Shown: one piece after another, positions 38,480 through 46,047 of the stretch
How the letters are laid out: each line of letters starts with the position of its first letter
How positions within the stretch are numbered: position 1 is the first letter of the stretch
From: an uncultured virus (IMG/VR IMGVR_UViG_3300035680_001736)
Taxonomy: Duplodnaviria; Heunggongvirae; Uroviricota; Caudoviricetes
Reading direction: 5' to 3' (one strand)
Virus record (IMG/VR): IMGVR_UViG_3300035680_001736
Length of the DNA: 64,000 nt
Position numbers and translations under genes: made by a program
The notes under the pieces: generated by a model
Databases searched by the model: none
Seen by the model: the letters and a program-made list of their open reading frames with translations, nothing else
Told to the model about the DNA's origin: nothing

Positions 38480-38683
38480 CCCCACCTTGAGATTATTGGT
38501 GAGTAGATTTATCGGTTTTCTATTTCTTAAAAACCTGCTGGTCTTACCCGTTAAAAACATCCAACACTACTGGGAGGGAATGTGTCTATCCCTTTATCCC
38601 ACGATGTCCCACTCGCGCCGTAGACATTCTGCGGAATCATTCTTTAAGTCTTGATTCGAAGACTCTGAGTATCTCTTACTCAT
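38480..38683 (-). ncRNA. ~200-nt multi-hairpin RNA of unknown class
   Basis: Hairpins GAGTA/TACTC, AGTCTT/AAGACT, GGTTTT/AAAACC, CTCACC/GGTGGG; lies between tRNAs. Confidence 0.6.
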
Positions 38684-38685
38684 TG

Positions 38686-38794
38686 TAGTCAGGACAAGAA
38701 TCGAACTTGTATAGTCACCTCCTTGATTCACGTCCGATTGGGAGGATTACTGAACTCGTGATACAACTACTGGCGCCAATTCCGCCACCTGACT
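38686..38794 (-). ncRNA. tRNA-like RNA (109 nt) with non-canonical interior
   Basis: AGTCAGG/CCTGACT acceptor; ACAAG-TTCGATT-CTTGT T-arm; no standard anticodon arm. Confidence 0.75.
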
Positions 38795-38892
38795 ATTGGG
38801 TTATTTAACGTCACTACTTTATTAAACCTCGGTATCATTGAGGTATCTACACCCCTCATTTAATAAATCGTCACCCATTTGACGAGCCTCTG

Positions 38893-38965
38893 TAGTCAGG
38901 ACAGGAATCGAACCTGTATTCCCTAATTAAGCGTTAGGTACTTTACCAGTTAAGTACACCTGACT
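38893..38965 (-). tRNA. Atypical tRNA (loop CGCTTAA; nominal Lys-CTT but G33)
   Basis: AGTCAGG/CCTGACT acceptor; TACT/AGTA D-stem; CCTAA/TTAGG stem; ACAGG-TTCGATT-CCTGT T-arm. Confidence 0.7.
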
Positions 38966-38970
38966 ATGTT

Positions 38971-39422
38971 GGGTGGGTTAATGAGTGGTTTCCCCCACCT
39001 CTTTTTACTCTGTATCAATCTACTTGCGAAGTAGTATCAACCTGCGCCACTCTGTGAATTTTTAGGGTGAGAAACCCTATGTGTTGTAGTGATGACTCTA
39101 GTGTCACTAAGCTCTACTCCTTTCCTTTCTCAAGGGAACAACACATTAAGTTTAGGTAAGGGGAAGATGGTCGAGTGGACAACCCCTTTTACGATTGGCA
39201 TTACTTCAGGTGAATACCTGCCAACTCCGATTATACCAGTCGGTATCCACTCTCAAACTATTGGTATAATCATTCCCCAATCAACCTATAATGTGGTCGG
39301 TGGGGGAGGAATAAGAGCGACTTATTCCCTTAAAGCTCTACTTGTCGTTTATCCATCGTGTTTTAAAAACACCGTAGCTACGTTTGACTTGGATATATCT
39401 AACTTTCGTCTGCCACCCCACC
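38971..39422 (-). ncRNA. Array of four small structured RNAs (39299-39422, 39153-39288, 39079-39146, 38971-39052)
   Basis: Each is closed by its own helix and two show pseudoknot pairings; downstream of a TATATTTG promoter (39449-39456) and boxA. Confidence 0.6.
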
Positions 39423-39459
39423 TTTTAAATATTTTTAAAGAACTTCTACAAATATACGA

Positions 39460-39792
39460 CTATTTTTCCAATTCACCTAATTCTTCTTTCAATCTTTTCA
39501 AAAAACTTTCTTCTCCATCATCGCCCGATAACAACCAATCAATACGTTGAGCATAAACTGCGGCGACTCTAAGAACTTTCATACCCTCCTTGAATTTTTC
39601 AATTACCTCATCAGGATATTTGTAATGACTTAAATCTTCAGGATATTTCTCATACCAATCATCCCCACGCCATCCTTCTTCTTTGAGTTCCTCTCGTGTT
39701 TTTTCACGACCATTTTTCTCAATCAGTTTCTCAACGTCATCGGCAATTTGTTCAATATGCCATTGTTTGTAGTCGAATGCTCCTCCTGACAT
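39460..39792 (-). CDS. Hypothetical phage protein
   Basis: 110-aa ORF (MSGGAFDY...RIDWLLSGDDGEE). Confidence 0.85.
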   Translation of the reverse strand: MSGGAFDYKQWHIEQIADDVEKLIEKNGREKTREELKEEGWRGDDWYEKYPEDLSHYKYPDEVIEKFKEGMKVLRVAAVYAQRIDWLLSGDDGEESFLKRLKEELGELEK

Positions 39793-39793
39793 T

Positions 39794-39976
39794 TTATATT
39801 TCTTTTAATTGTGATTTAGAACATGCTTTACCGAAACTGAATGCTCCTTGACTATCGTGACCACCAGGAATTTGATTATAGTATTTTCCATCGGTCATTG
39901 ATAATTCAAGCCATACAGCCTTTGATGGGTTAAGTTTTTCACCACATCTTTCACACCATATTGTTTCTTGTTTCAT
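39794..39976 (-). CDS. Small hypothetical Cys-containing protein
   Basis: CERC...SQGAFSFGKAC; TAAATTTG 4 nt upstream. Confidence 0.8.
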   Translation of the reverse strand: MKQETIWCERCGEKLNPSKAVWLELSMTDGKYYNQIPGGHDSQGAFSFGKACSKSQLKEI

Positions 39977-39999
39977 TGGACAAATTTAAGTATTTAATT

Positions 40000-40140
40000 T
40001 TAAACCACCAAATCTTTTTTTGAGAATTTCATAAACTCATAACCTTCTTGAAACATTCTATCCAATAACTCAACGGTTATCTCGTCAAGGTCAATCATTC
40101 CAATCATTTTGTTTTTCTTGTATACTCCGATGTATTCCAT
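40000..40140 (-). CDS. Small hypothetical protein (46 aa, not in ORF track)
   Basis: MEYIGVYKKNKMIG...; TATCTTTG upstream at 40161-40168. Confidence 0.6.
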   Translation of the reverse strand: MEYIGVYKKNKMIGMIDLDEITVELLDRMFQEGYEFMKFSKKDLVV

Positions 40141-40199
40141 AGTTTTTAGTTTTAAGTAGACAAAGATACAACAAATTAGGTTACGATAAGATTAAGTTA

Positions 40200-40682
40200 T
40201 TAACAAATTTTGAATGCGAAATTAATCACTCGTTTCTTCATTGTTGCGTCAGATGCGTTTCCAACGACTTGACCATCAATGATTGAAAATGCGTGACCAC
40301 GAACAACCACAAGATACTTACCAACAGGATATTTCTTAATAAACGTACTGGTGGTCATATTACGTTTAACCATTTGACCTTTGGACTTAACATCATATTT
40401 CATATGTCCGTACTGGTTACCCAAATTTGAGAATGATTTTCCATTAATCAGAATTTTATTGTCAACCATATGACGCATACCACCGACAAAGTTTCTTGTT
40501 CCTTCAAAGTTTTTACGGAACCAAATCTTTGCAACAAACTTGTGAGCCTCATCATAATGCATTTCAAATGATGACGAGATGGCTCTTACGACACAATCAT
40601 TTTTTTCGGTTTTGGCAATTGTTGAATCAGAGTATCCAATAATCGCCTCTTTTGTGGGTATGTATTTGATTTCGTTATTCAT
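40200..40682 (-). CDS. Hypothetical phage protein (NDCVVRA...GHAFSIIDG)
   Basis: Start moved to MNNEIKY, 4 nt after TATATTTG. Confidence 0.8.
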   Translation of the reverse strand: MNNEIKYIPTKEAIIGYSDSTIAKTEKNDCVVRAISSSFEMHYDEAHKFVAKIWFRKNFEGTRNFVGGMRHMVDNKILINGKSFSNLGNQYGHMKYDVKSKGQMVKRNMTTSTFIKKYPVGKYLVVVRGHAFSIIDGQVVGNASDATMKKRVINFAFKIC

Positions 40683-40774
40683 ACCACAAATATACGGCGA
40701 ACAACTCATCCCACAAAATTAAGTTATTAACAAAAAAAATACCACCCGAAGGTGGTATTTTCTTTTTTGGTCGA

Positions 40775-41803
40775 TTATTGGACCACAAATTTGTTTGTGG
40801 ACGTTATTGTACCATTTCGGTCAACCGTGTTAAGAACGTAGATTCCCGAAGAAAGTAATGATTTAACATCAATAACAACTTTACTTTGGTTTACATTTTC
40901 TTCATATACAATTTGACCTGACAAATTCATAATTCTTAGTTTTTGACCACTATAATCGTTCAGACCAGACAAATCAATATTAATAACATCTGTAGTTGGG
41001 TTGGGGAATACATCAATGTTTATAACTATGTTGGGGTTATCAGTATTAGTTGGGTTTTGGGAATTTGAATCTCTATAAAGTTTAAAAACTTCATCCTCAT
41101 TCAAATCTCGATTCCACATTCCTACATCATCTAAATTACCTGATAAAAATCTGTACATATTACCTTGGAAATTATCAGCTCCAAAAAATAAATTATTTTC
41201 AGATGGACAAATATCACCATATGTAGTTTGTTCACCGGTTAATACTCCATTAACATACATTTTTCCACCATTTACAGGACTATGAGTAAAGACTAAGAAA
41301 TGCCATTTATCATCAGCAGTACAAGTTCCACCATTAACATTATTACCATTAATTGTATTCATATTAGTTGATGATATAAAGTTATTATCACCTATCAACA
41401 TTGTATATGAATCAAAAGACCCTCCATTACATACATCAAAGTATGAAAAAAACCATTTAGTAACAATTCCTTGGTAATCATCTACACTACTACCGACAGG
41501 TTTTTTTAACCATACAGAAATTGATAACGATGGGACGTTAGAAATACTTTCAGAATTATCGACCAAAATAAAATTATCAATTCCATTAAAATTATAGGCC
41601 ATATCAGAATTACCAAATCTATCCATAGTTAAAGACGAACCAAAAACCTGTCCGTGGTTTTGATTTCCACTTTCATCATTGGCATTACCGTCAAACGGCC
41701 ACCAACCGATAAGACCATTTGTTGGTAAATAATTTGGTACTTGAGATACAATCAAGTTGTAATAAAAAAGAGAAATTAATGTAAAAAAAATTGTTTTTTT
41801 CAT
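40775..41803 (-). CDS. Secreted LamG-domain protein with T9SS type A sorting domain
   Basis: Signal peptide; GWWPFDGNAND...DRFG; C-terminal VFPNPTTDVINI...SGIYVL...KFVVQ. Confidence 0.9.
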   Translation of the reverse strand: MKKTIFFTLISLFYYNLIVSQVPNYLPTNGLIGWWPFDGNANDESGNQNHGQVFGSSLTMDRFGNSDMAYNFNGIDNFILVDNSESISNVPSLSISVWLKKPVGSSVDDYQGIVTKWFFSYFDVCNGGSFDSYTMLIGDNNFISSTNMNTINGNNVNGGTCTADDKWHFLVFTHSPVNGGKMYVNGVLTGEQTTYGDICPSENNLFFGADNFQGNMYRFLSGNLDDVGMWNRDLNEDEVFKLYRDSNSQNPTNTDNPNIVINIDVFPNPTTDVINIDLSGLNDYSGQKLRIMNLSGQIVYEENVNQSKVVIDVKSLLSSGIYVLNTVDRNGTITSTNKFVVQ

Positions 41804-41972
41804 GTTATATATATTTTAAATTATTGAATACAAATTAAAGTCATTTTTTTTAAACTGCCAAATTTTTTATGTGTTTGGTTAAATGTTGATTCCAAAGTAA
41901 GACGTAAATAAAATGGAATTATTCCATCTTTTCTTACATAAGTTGATATTACGATTGCTAATTTAATAATTA

Positions 41973-42758
41973 TTAATCTTGATTTTTTTTATAAAATCTA
42001 TTTTCTTCAGGTTGATACCATTCATCTAATGAAGCCGGTACCCTTGAAGAATATCCCAGAAATTGTTGCATTTTAGGAGTAAAGGTGTTCATAATATCAT
42101 ACCCTAAAGCTCTTGGGTAATCAAGTAATTGTTTCATAAATGACCTACTTATAGTTATTGGTATTGCTCGTCTATTTTTATTAGTTTTGTTAGGTGATGA
42201 CGAATGCCATACATTAGAATTAAATATTAATATGTCTCCTCTATTTCCTGTCGCCTGATATGAGTTTGAAAAAAATTCTGAATCGGATGGTTTTTCCTCA
42301 CTTAAATGAGAACCTGATAGTAAAAAAGTTCCACCATTTTCTAAAGTAAAATCGTCAACCATAACTAAACAATTAATCATAATTGGGAAATCTCCCGAGT
42401 AAAACCTCAAATCTCTGTGGATAATTGATGAAAAATTTGGTTTAAATGGTAGGTTATTTAACGCACTAAATGAATTTAAGATACAGTTACTTTTAAAAAA
42501 ATTATTTTGTAGTGAATCAATAAATCCATTGTCAAGTAATACTTGTAAAAATTCAATGAAAATCTTACTGTCTAAAATAGCGTGGAGAGCAACTCCATCT
42601 GAGTTTATTTCATTATTATTACTTATTTGAATATTTCTATGTTTAACAAAAGATTTATCCATCTCTTCAGAAAGCATATCTAACCATTCTGTGCTAACTT
42701 GATTTTTAATTATAGTATGACCTTTCATACTTAATTCATTTAATTGGTCAATTGTCAT
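41973..42758 (-). CDS. Phytanoyl-CoA dioxygenase-family 2OG-Fe(II) oxygenase
   Basis: HRD...DDFTLENGGT...GSH...GDILIF...WH...N...R. Confidence 0.88.
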   Translation of the reverse strand: MTIDQLNELSMKGHTIIKNQVSTEWLDMLSEEMDKSFVKHRNIQISNNNEINSDGVALHAILDSKIFIEFLQVLLDNGFIDSLQNNFFKSNCILNSFSALNNLPFKPNFSSIIHRDLRFYSGDFPIMINCLVMVDDFTLENGGTFLLSGSHLSEEKPSDSEFFSNSYQATGNRGDILIFNSNVWHSSSPNKTNKNRRAIPITISRSFMKQLLDYPRALGYDIMNTFTPKMQQFLGYSSRVPASLDEWYQPEENRFYKKNQD

Positions 42759-43420
42759 TTTAAAAATTTTTCTCCTTTTATTCTTTTTCTAATTATTTTA
42801 GCCGGATTACCATACGCTAAAACATCGTCAGGTAAAGATTTAATTACTAAACTTCCAGCACCAACAACAGTATTATCTCCTATTTCTAATCTATCTAAAA
42901 CAGTGACTCCCAGAGTAATTGCCGAATATTTACCAATTTTTACATAACCTCCAGTAATTGAACCCGCGGAAATACTTGCAAAGTCTGATATTATATTATC
43001 ATGTTCAACCTGAGCCCCTGTTGCAAAAAAAGTAAAGTCACCAATTTTTGATTTTGGGTTAAATATACATCCGGCCATAGCCACAATCCCAACACCCATC
43101 TCAGTTGTATTACCAATGATTACTGATGGATGTATTGCGTTAACAAATTTGAAATTAGGAACCATTGAAATTATTTTTTCATGTACGTAATACCTAGTCC
43201 AATTCTCACCTATTGATATTACACCTCCATAAACTTCATATTCATTTATTATTTGTTTTAAATTTTCTTCTCTTCCTAAAATTTTATATCCATATTTAAT
43301 ACTACCAATTTCATTTATCGAATCAATAATACCTACAATTTTATATTTATTTTCTTTTTCAATAATGTCGATGGTATAATGAGATTGATTACCCCCACCA
43401 AATAAAACAATATTTTCCAT
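42755..43420 (-). CDS. NeuD/PglD-family sugar acetyltransferase
   Basis: Rossmann-like N-terminus; EHD motif; hexapeptide repeats; GNPAK. Confidence 0.9.
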   Translation of the reverse strand: MENIVLFGGGNQSHYTIDIIEKENKYKIVGIIDSINEIGSIKYGYKILGREENLKQIINEYEVYGGVISIGENWTRYYVHEKIISMVPNFKFVNAIHPSVIIGNTTEMGVGIVAMAGCIFNPKSKIGDFTFFATGAQVEHDNIISDFASISAGSITGGYVKIGKYSAITLGVTVLDRLEIGDNTVVGAGSLVIKSLPDDVLAYGNPAKIIRKRIKGEKFLK

Positions 43421-43422
43421 AA

Positions 43423-44067
43423 TTAATTAATTTTAGTGTAGATTTTAAATTTAGATAAATCAGGATAAGGTAATTCTAAATCTTCGTTGATAATAGGAAT
43501 TCCCTTCGAATCATAGAACTGACTAATTAAAAGTAATCCTCTTGCCGCAATTTCAGGCATCATGTAGAAATTCCATCCGATTACCGGATTTTTATCAAAA
43601 TCATCATCATGATAACTACATTCATCACGACCGCTAAATCTAGCCTTTTTAAACCACTTGTAGGCATTTTCATCATCAGTTAAAATAGCACCACCTTTGC
43701 CCAATTTTAAATGTTTGTATGGTCCTGTGAAAGATACACACATATGTGTGTTTGGAATGTACATGTTATGAGTAAATCTTAACGCACTATCCCAAACTTT
43801 AGTTGGATATAACTGATATGCCCCTTTAATCGTATCTCCTTCCACATTAAAGAATTTAACTTTACCTCCTGCGTGAATTATTTCACAAGGGACCGATGGA
43901 TATGTCCTACAAGGAATTTCAATATCCATTCCCTTCACATTTTCATACATCAGAGATAAAAAAAGTGCATTACTTTGATTATCTACTGTAACTACAAACG
44001 GAGCTCCGGTATAGTCTGATAATTTTTTTTCAAATTCTTCAGTTATTTTATGAACGCCTTGTGCCAT
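43423..44067 (-). CDS. DegT/DnrJ-family PLP aminotransferase (short form)
   Basis: FEKKLSDYTG, DSA, SFTGPYKHL..GKGGAILTDD, GWNFYM. Confidence 0.85.
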   Translation of the reverse strand: MAQGVHKITEEFEKKLSDYTGAPFVVTVDNQSNALFLSLMYENVKGMDIEIPCRTYPSVPCEIIHAGGKVKFFNVEGDTIKGAYQLYPTKVWDSALRFTHNMYIPNTHMCVSFTGPYKHLKLGKGGAILTDDENAYKWFKKARFSGRDECSYHDDDFDKNPVIGWNFYMMPEIAARGLLLISQFYDSKGIPIINEDLELPYPDLSKFKIYTKIN

Positions 44068-44152
44068 TTTTCTTATAAAAATCTTTTGTTATTAAGTACC
44101 CAAGTCCCATTCCGACCCAAATACCAATTAATAATAATTCTAACCCATTCAT
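44048..44152 (-). CDS. Small membrane peptide (34 aa)
   Basis: MNGLELLLIGIWVGMGLGYLITKDF... Confidence 0.5.
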   Translation of the reverse strand: MNGLELLLIGIWVGMGLGYLITKDFYKKNGTRRS

Positions 44153-44170
44153 AGTAAATTAAAAAAATTG

Positions 44171-44315
44171 TAGTCAAGGAAGGATTCGAACCTCCACGGG
44201 CTGCCATTATAGTGACCACACGCATTGTGCTTTTTTACCCCTAGTGCTATAACCATCTAGTACGTCTACCTTGAGAGTATGTTTCCGGAGACTCTCAATA
44301 TTCCGCCACTTGACT
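44171..44315 (-). ncRNA. Expanded tRNA-like RNA (145 nt)
   Basis: AGTCAAG/CTTGACT acceptor; Leu-type D-arm with an inserted hairpin; oversized anticodon and variable arms; GGAGG-TTCGAAT-CCTTC T-arm. Confidence 0.75.
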
Positions 44316-44327
44316 ATGTTTAACTAG

Positions 44328-44401
44328 TGCACCCTGCAGGATTCGAACCTGCCACCCAGTGATTATGAGTCACTTGCTCTAACCTAATGAGCTAAGGGTG
44401 C
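44328..44401 (-). tRNA. tRNA(CAT), probably Ile2 (lysidine type)
   Basis: GCACCCT...AGTGA-CTCATAA-TCACT; resembles ileX-type tRNA. Confidence 0.85.
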
Positions 44402-44403
44402 TT

Positions 44404-44693
44404 TGGTACTGGGTGTGGGACTCGAACCCACACGGACGCAATGTCCACAGGATTTTCTTACCACTATAGTTTTCACTACCAACTAAAAGTTGTTTGTGGT
44501 CTGGACTATACCTTCACCATATCTTACGATTTAGGTGCTCCGTGTCTAGTCTCTACACCTTCCTTTTCAGGCTTGGCTCGGGGTTCCCACTTTCGGAGGG
44601 TTCACCGAATTTACGGAGTTCTACATTCTTGATTTCTCAAGACGCACTCAAATAGTTAAAGTCCTGAATGTCTACCTATTCCATCAACCCAGC
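44404..44693 (-). tRNA. tRNA-Leu(TAA) split by a group I intron
   Basis: Exon 1 44693-44659 ends CAGGA-CTT; exon 2 starts AAAA-TCCTG; long variable arm; encoded CCA. Confidence 0.92.
44457..44658 (-). mobile_element. Group I intron (202 nt, trnL-UAA type, no ORF)
   Basis: P1 with U.G at splice site; P/Q/R/S-like AAATTCGGTGAA, CCCGAGCCAAG, GTAGAGACTAG, GAAGGTATAGTCC; terminal G. Confidence 0.9.
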
Positions 44694-44729
44694 ATTTCAA
44701 ATAACTTTTACAAATATACAGGTAAAACC

Positions 44730-44951
44730 TTAACCAATCAACTTTAAAACCAAAATAATTAGATTTAAAGTAATCACAGTGATTCCAAAGACAACCGCAA
44801 AACGGTACATAAATTCTTCAAAAGGTGTATTGTTATTGTATCTCATTTTTGTAATTGGTTTTTTATTGGTGTTAAACATATCTCTAATTACCTGATTTCT
44901 TGTCTCATCAGTTTTATCGATATAAGGTTTTTTTAATTTGATTTTTTTCAT
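44730..44951 (-). CDS. Small membrane protein
   Basis: C-terminal TM helix. Confidence 0.7.
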   Translation of the reverse strand: MKKIKLKKPYIDKTDETRNQVIRDMFNTNKKPITKMRYNNNTPFEEFMYRFAVVFGITVITLNLIILVLKLIG

Positions 44952-45316
44952 TGGAGTTCTATCTTCATACTCTCCAAAATCTCACTAATCATATTATCCA
45001 TTTCATAAGTGCTCGGAGGCTCAACAAGACTTTCAATTTCATCAGAAATACCAGTGGAATCAATTGAAGCAACGATTACATTGTCCTCAAGTTCTAATTG
45101 AACATAATCACTTGAAAATTCAATTCCAGAAATTGAGGAGTTTTGTAATTGAACAAAATTATCATACAGTGCGTCTGAAAATTCCTTGAGTTGTTGTTTC
45201 GTGAAGGAATAGGTTTGTTCACCCATAACTTCTTTCTTTAATTGTTCTACTTGTTTTGCAATTAACATAGTTTGTTCATACAATGAATCAATAGAGTTCT
45301 TTTTTTCTTTAGACAT
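44948..45316 (-). CDS. Hypothetical protein
   Basis: 122-aa ORF; TACATTTG upstream. Confidence 0.8.
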   Translation of the reverse strand: MSKEKKNSIDSLYEQTMLIAKQVEQLKKEVMGEQTYSFTKQQLKEFSDALYDNFVQLQNSSISGIEFSSDYVQLELEDNVIVASIDSTGISDEIESLVEPPSTYEMDNMISEILESMKIELQ

Positions 45317-45405
45317 ATTTTATCGTTTTAATTGTGATTACAAATGTAAGTGTGTTTTTCCGACTTTCAAAATATTTATAGTAAATAAATTTTAATTTTT
45401 AAACA

Positions 45406-45570
45406 ATGGTACAAAAAGAACAAATTTTGGGTTTAGTTAGACACGGACTTACTTTTTTAGGGGGAATTTTAGTTGCTAGGGGCTTAGCATCAGAAGGTCA
45501 AATTATGGACATAATTGGTATGACTGTAACTTTCGTTGGGACCGTATGGTCAATTTTATCCAACAAATAA
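45406..45570 (+). CDS. Putative small holin (54 aa, not in ORF track)
   Basis: MVQKEQILGLVRHGLTFLGGILVARG...WSILSNK; two hydrophobic segments; TATTTATA at 45373-45380; terminator after. Confidence 0.7.
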   Translation: MVQKEQILGLVRHGLTFLGGILVARGLASEGQIMDIIGMTVTFVGTVWSILSNK

Positions 45571-45601
45571 TATTTCAAATATTGGGAATTAAGGGGAGTT
45601 G

Positions 45602-45766
45602 TTAACTCCCCTTTTTTTGTATATAGTCGTCGTAAACCTCCTCAACAGTGAAACACTTGGTCATTTCATCTGAATTTTTTGGATACCTATATTTCCAATC
45701 ATGTTGGCCACATGGTTCATATACCGTCGGTATCCAATATGCAAAATCTTTAGCTTCTTTACTCAT
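45602..45766 (-). CDS. Small hypothetical protein (54 aa)
   Basis: MSKEAKDFAYWIP...; start overlaps the upstream stop. Confidence 0.6.
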   Translation of the reverse strand: MSKEAKDFAYWIPTVYEPCGQHDWKYRYPKNSDEMTKCFTVEEVYDDYIQKKGS

Positions 45767-46047
45767 AAATTAACTTTTAAAATTGGTTCATTATCGTATT
45801 TCTGAATTAAATCAGTGATTTCATGTTTGATTTGGTACCCTAAAACTTGGTCGGTTTCTTGAAGCATTATCATTTCTCCCATTCTGTCAAACACCGCAAC
45901 TTCAAAAGTGTTAATACCATCTCCGTAAAAGAATTCATCTCCACCAACTACTGAAATTTCGTATCCGTTGTTAAGGGTCATTAAAGCTTGAACTCCTCCT
46001 CTCAAATTTGGGTGGGGTTCAAATACCAAATCATTGAATGTTTTCAT
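45763..46047 (-). CDS. Hypothetical phage protein
   Basis: NNGYEISVV...YG...FEVAV. Confidence 0.8.
   Translation of the reverse strand: MKTFNDLVFEPHPNLRGGVQALMTLNNGYEISVVGGDEFFYGDGINTFEVAVFDRMGEMIMLQETDQVLGYQIKHEITDLIQKYDNEPILKVNL

Noticed and set aside
38797..38890. Assignment as a theta (HDV-like), pistol or hammerhead ribozyme at the tRNA 3' trailer
   Set aside because: A pseudoknot is present but I could not match the catalytic consensus of any class by eye; left unclassified
39089..39550. 153-aa + strand ORF
   Set aside because: Antisense to the structured-RNA array and overlaps the 39460 gene; no recognisable motif
44441..44632. 63-aa ORF as an intron-encoded endonuclease
   Set aside because: Antisense to the intron core, too short, and has no nuclease motif
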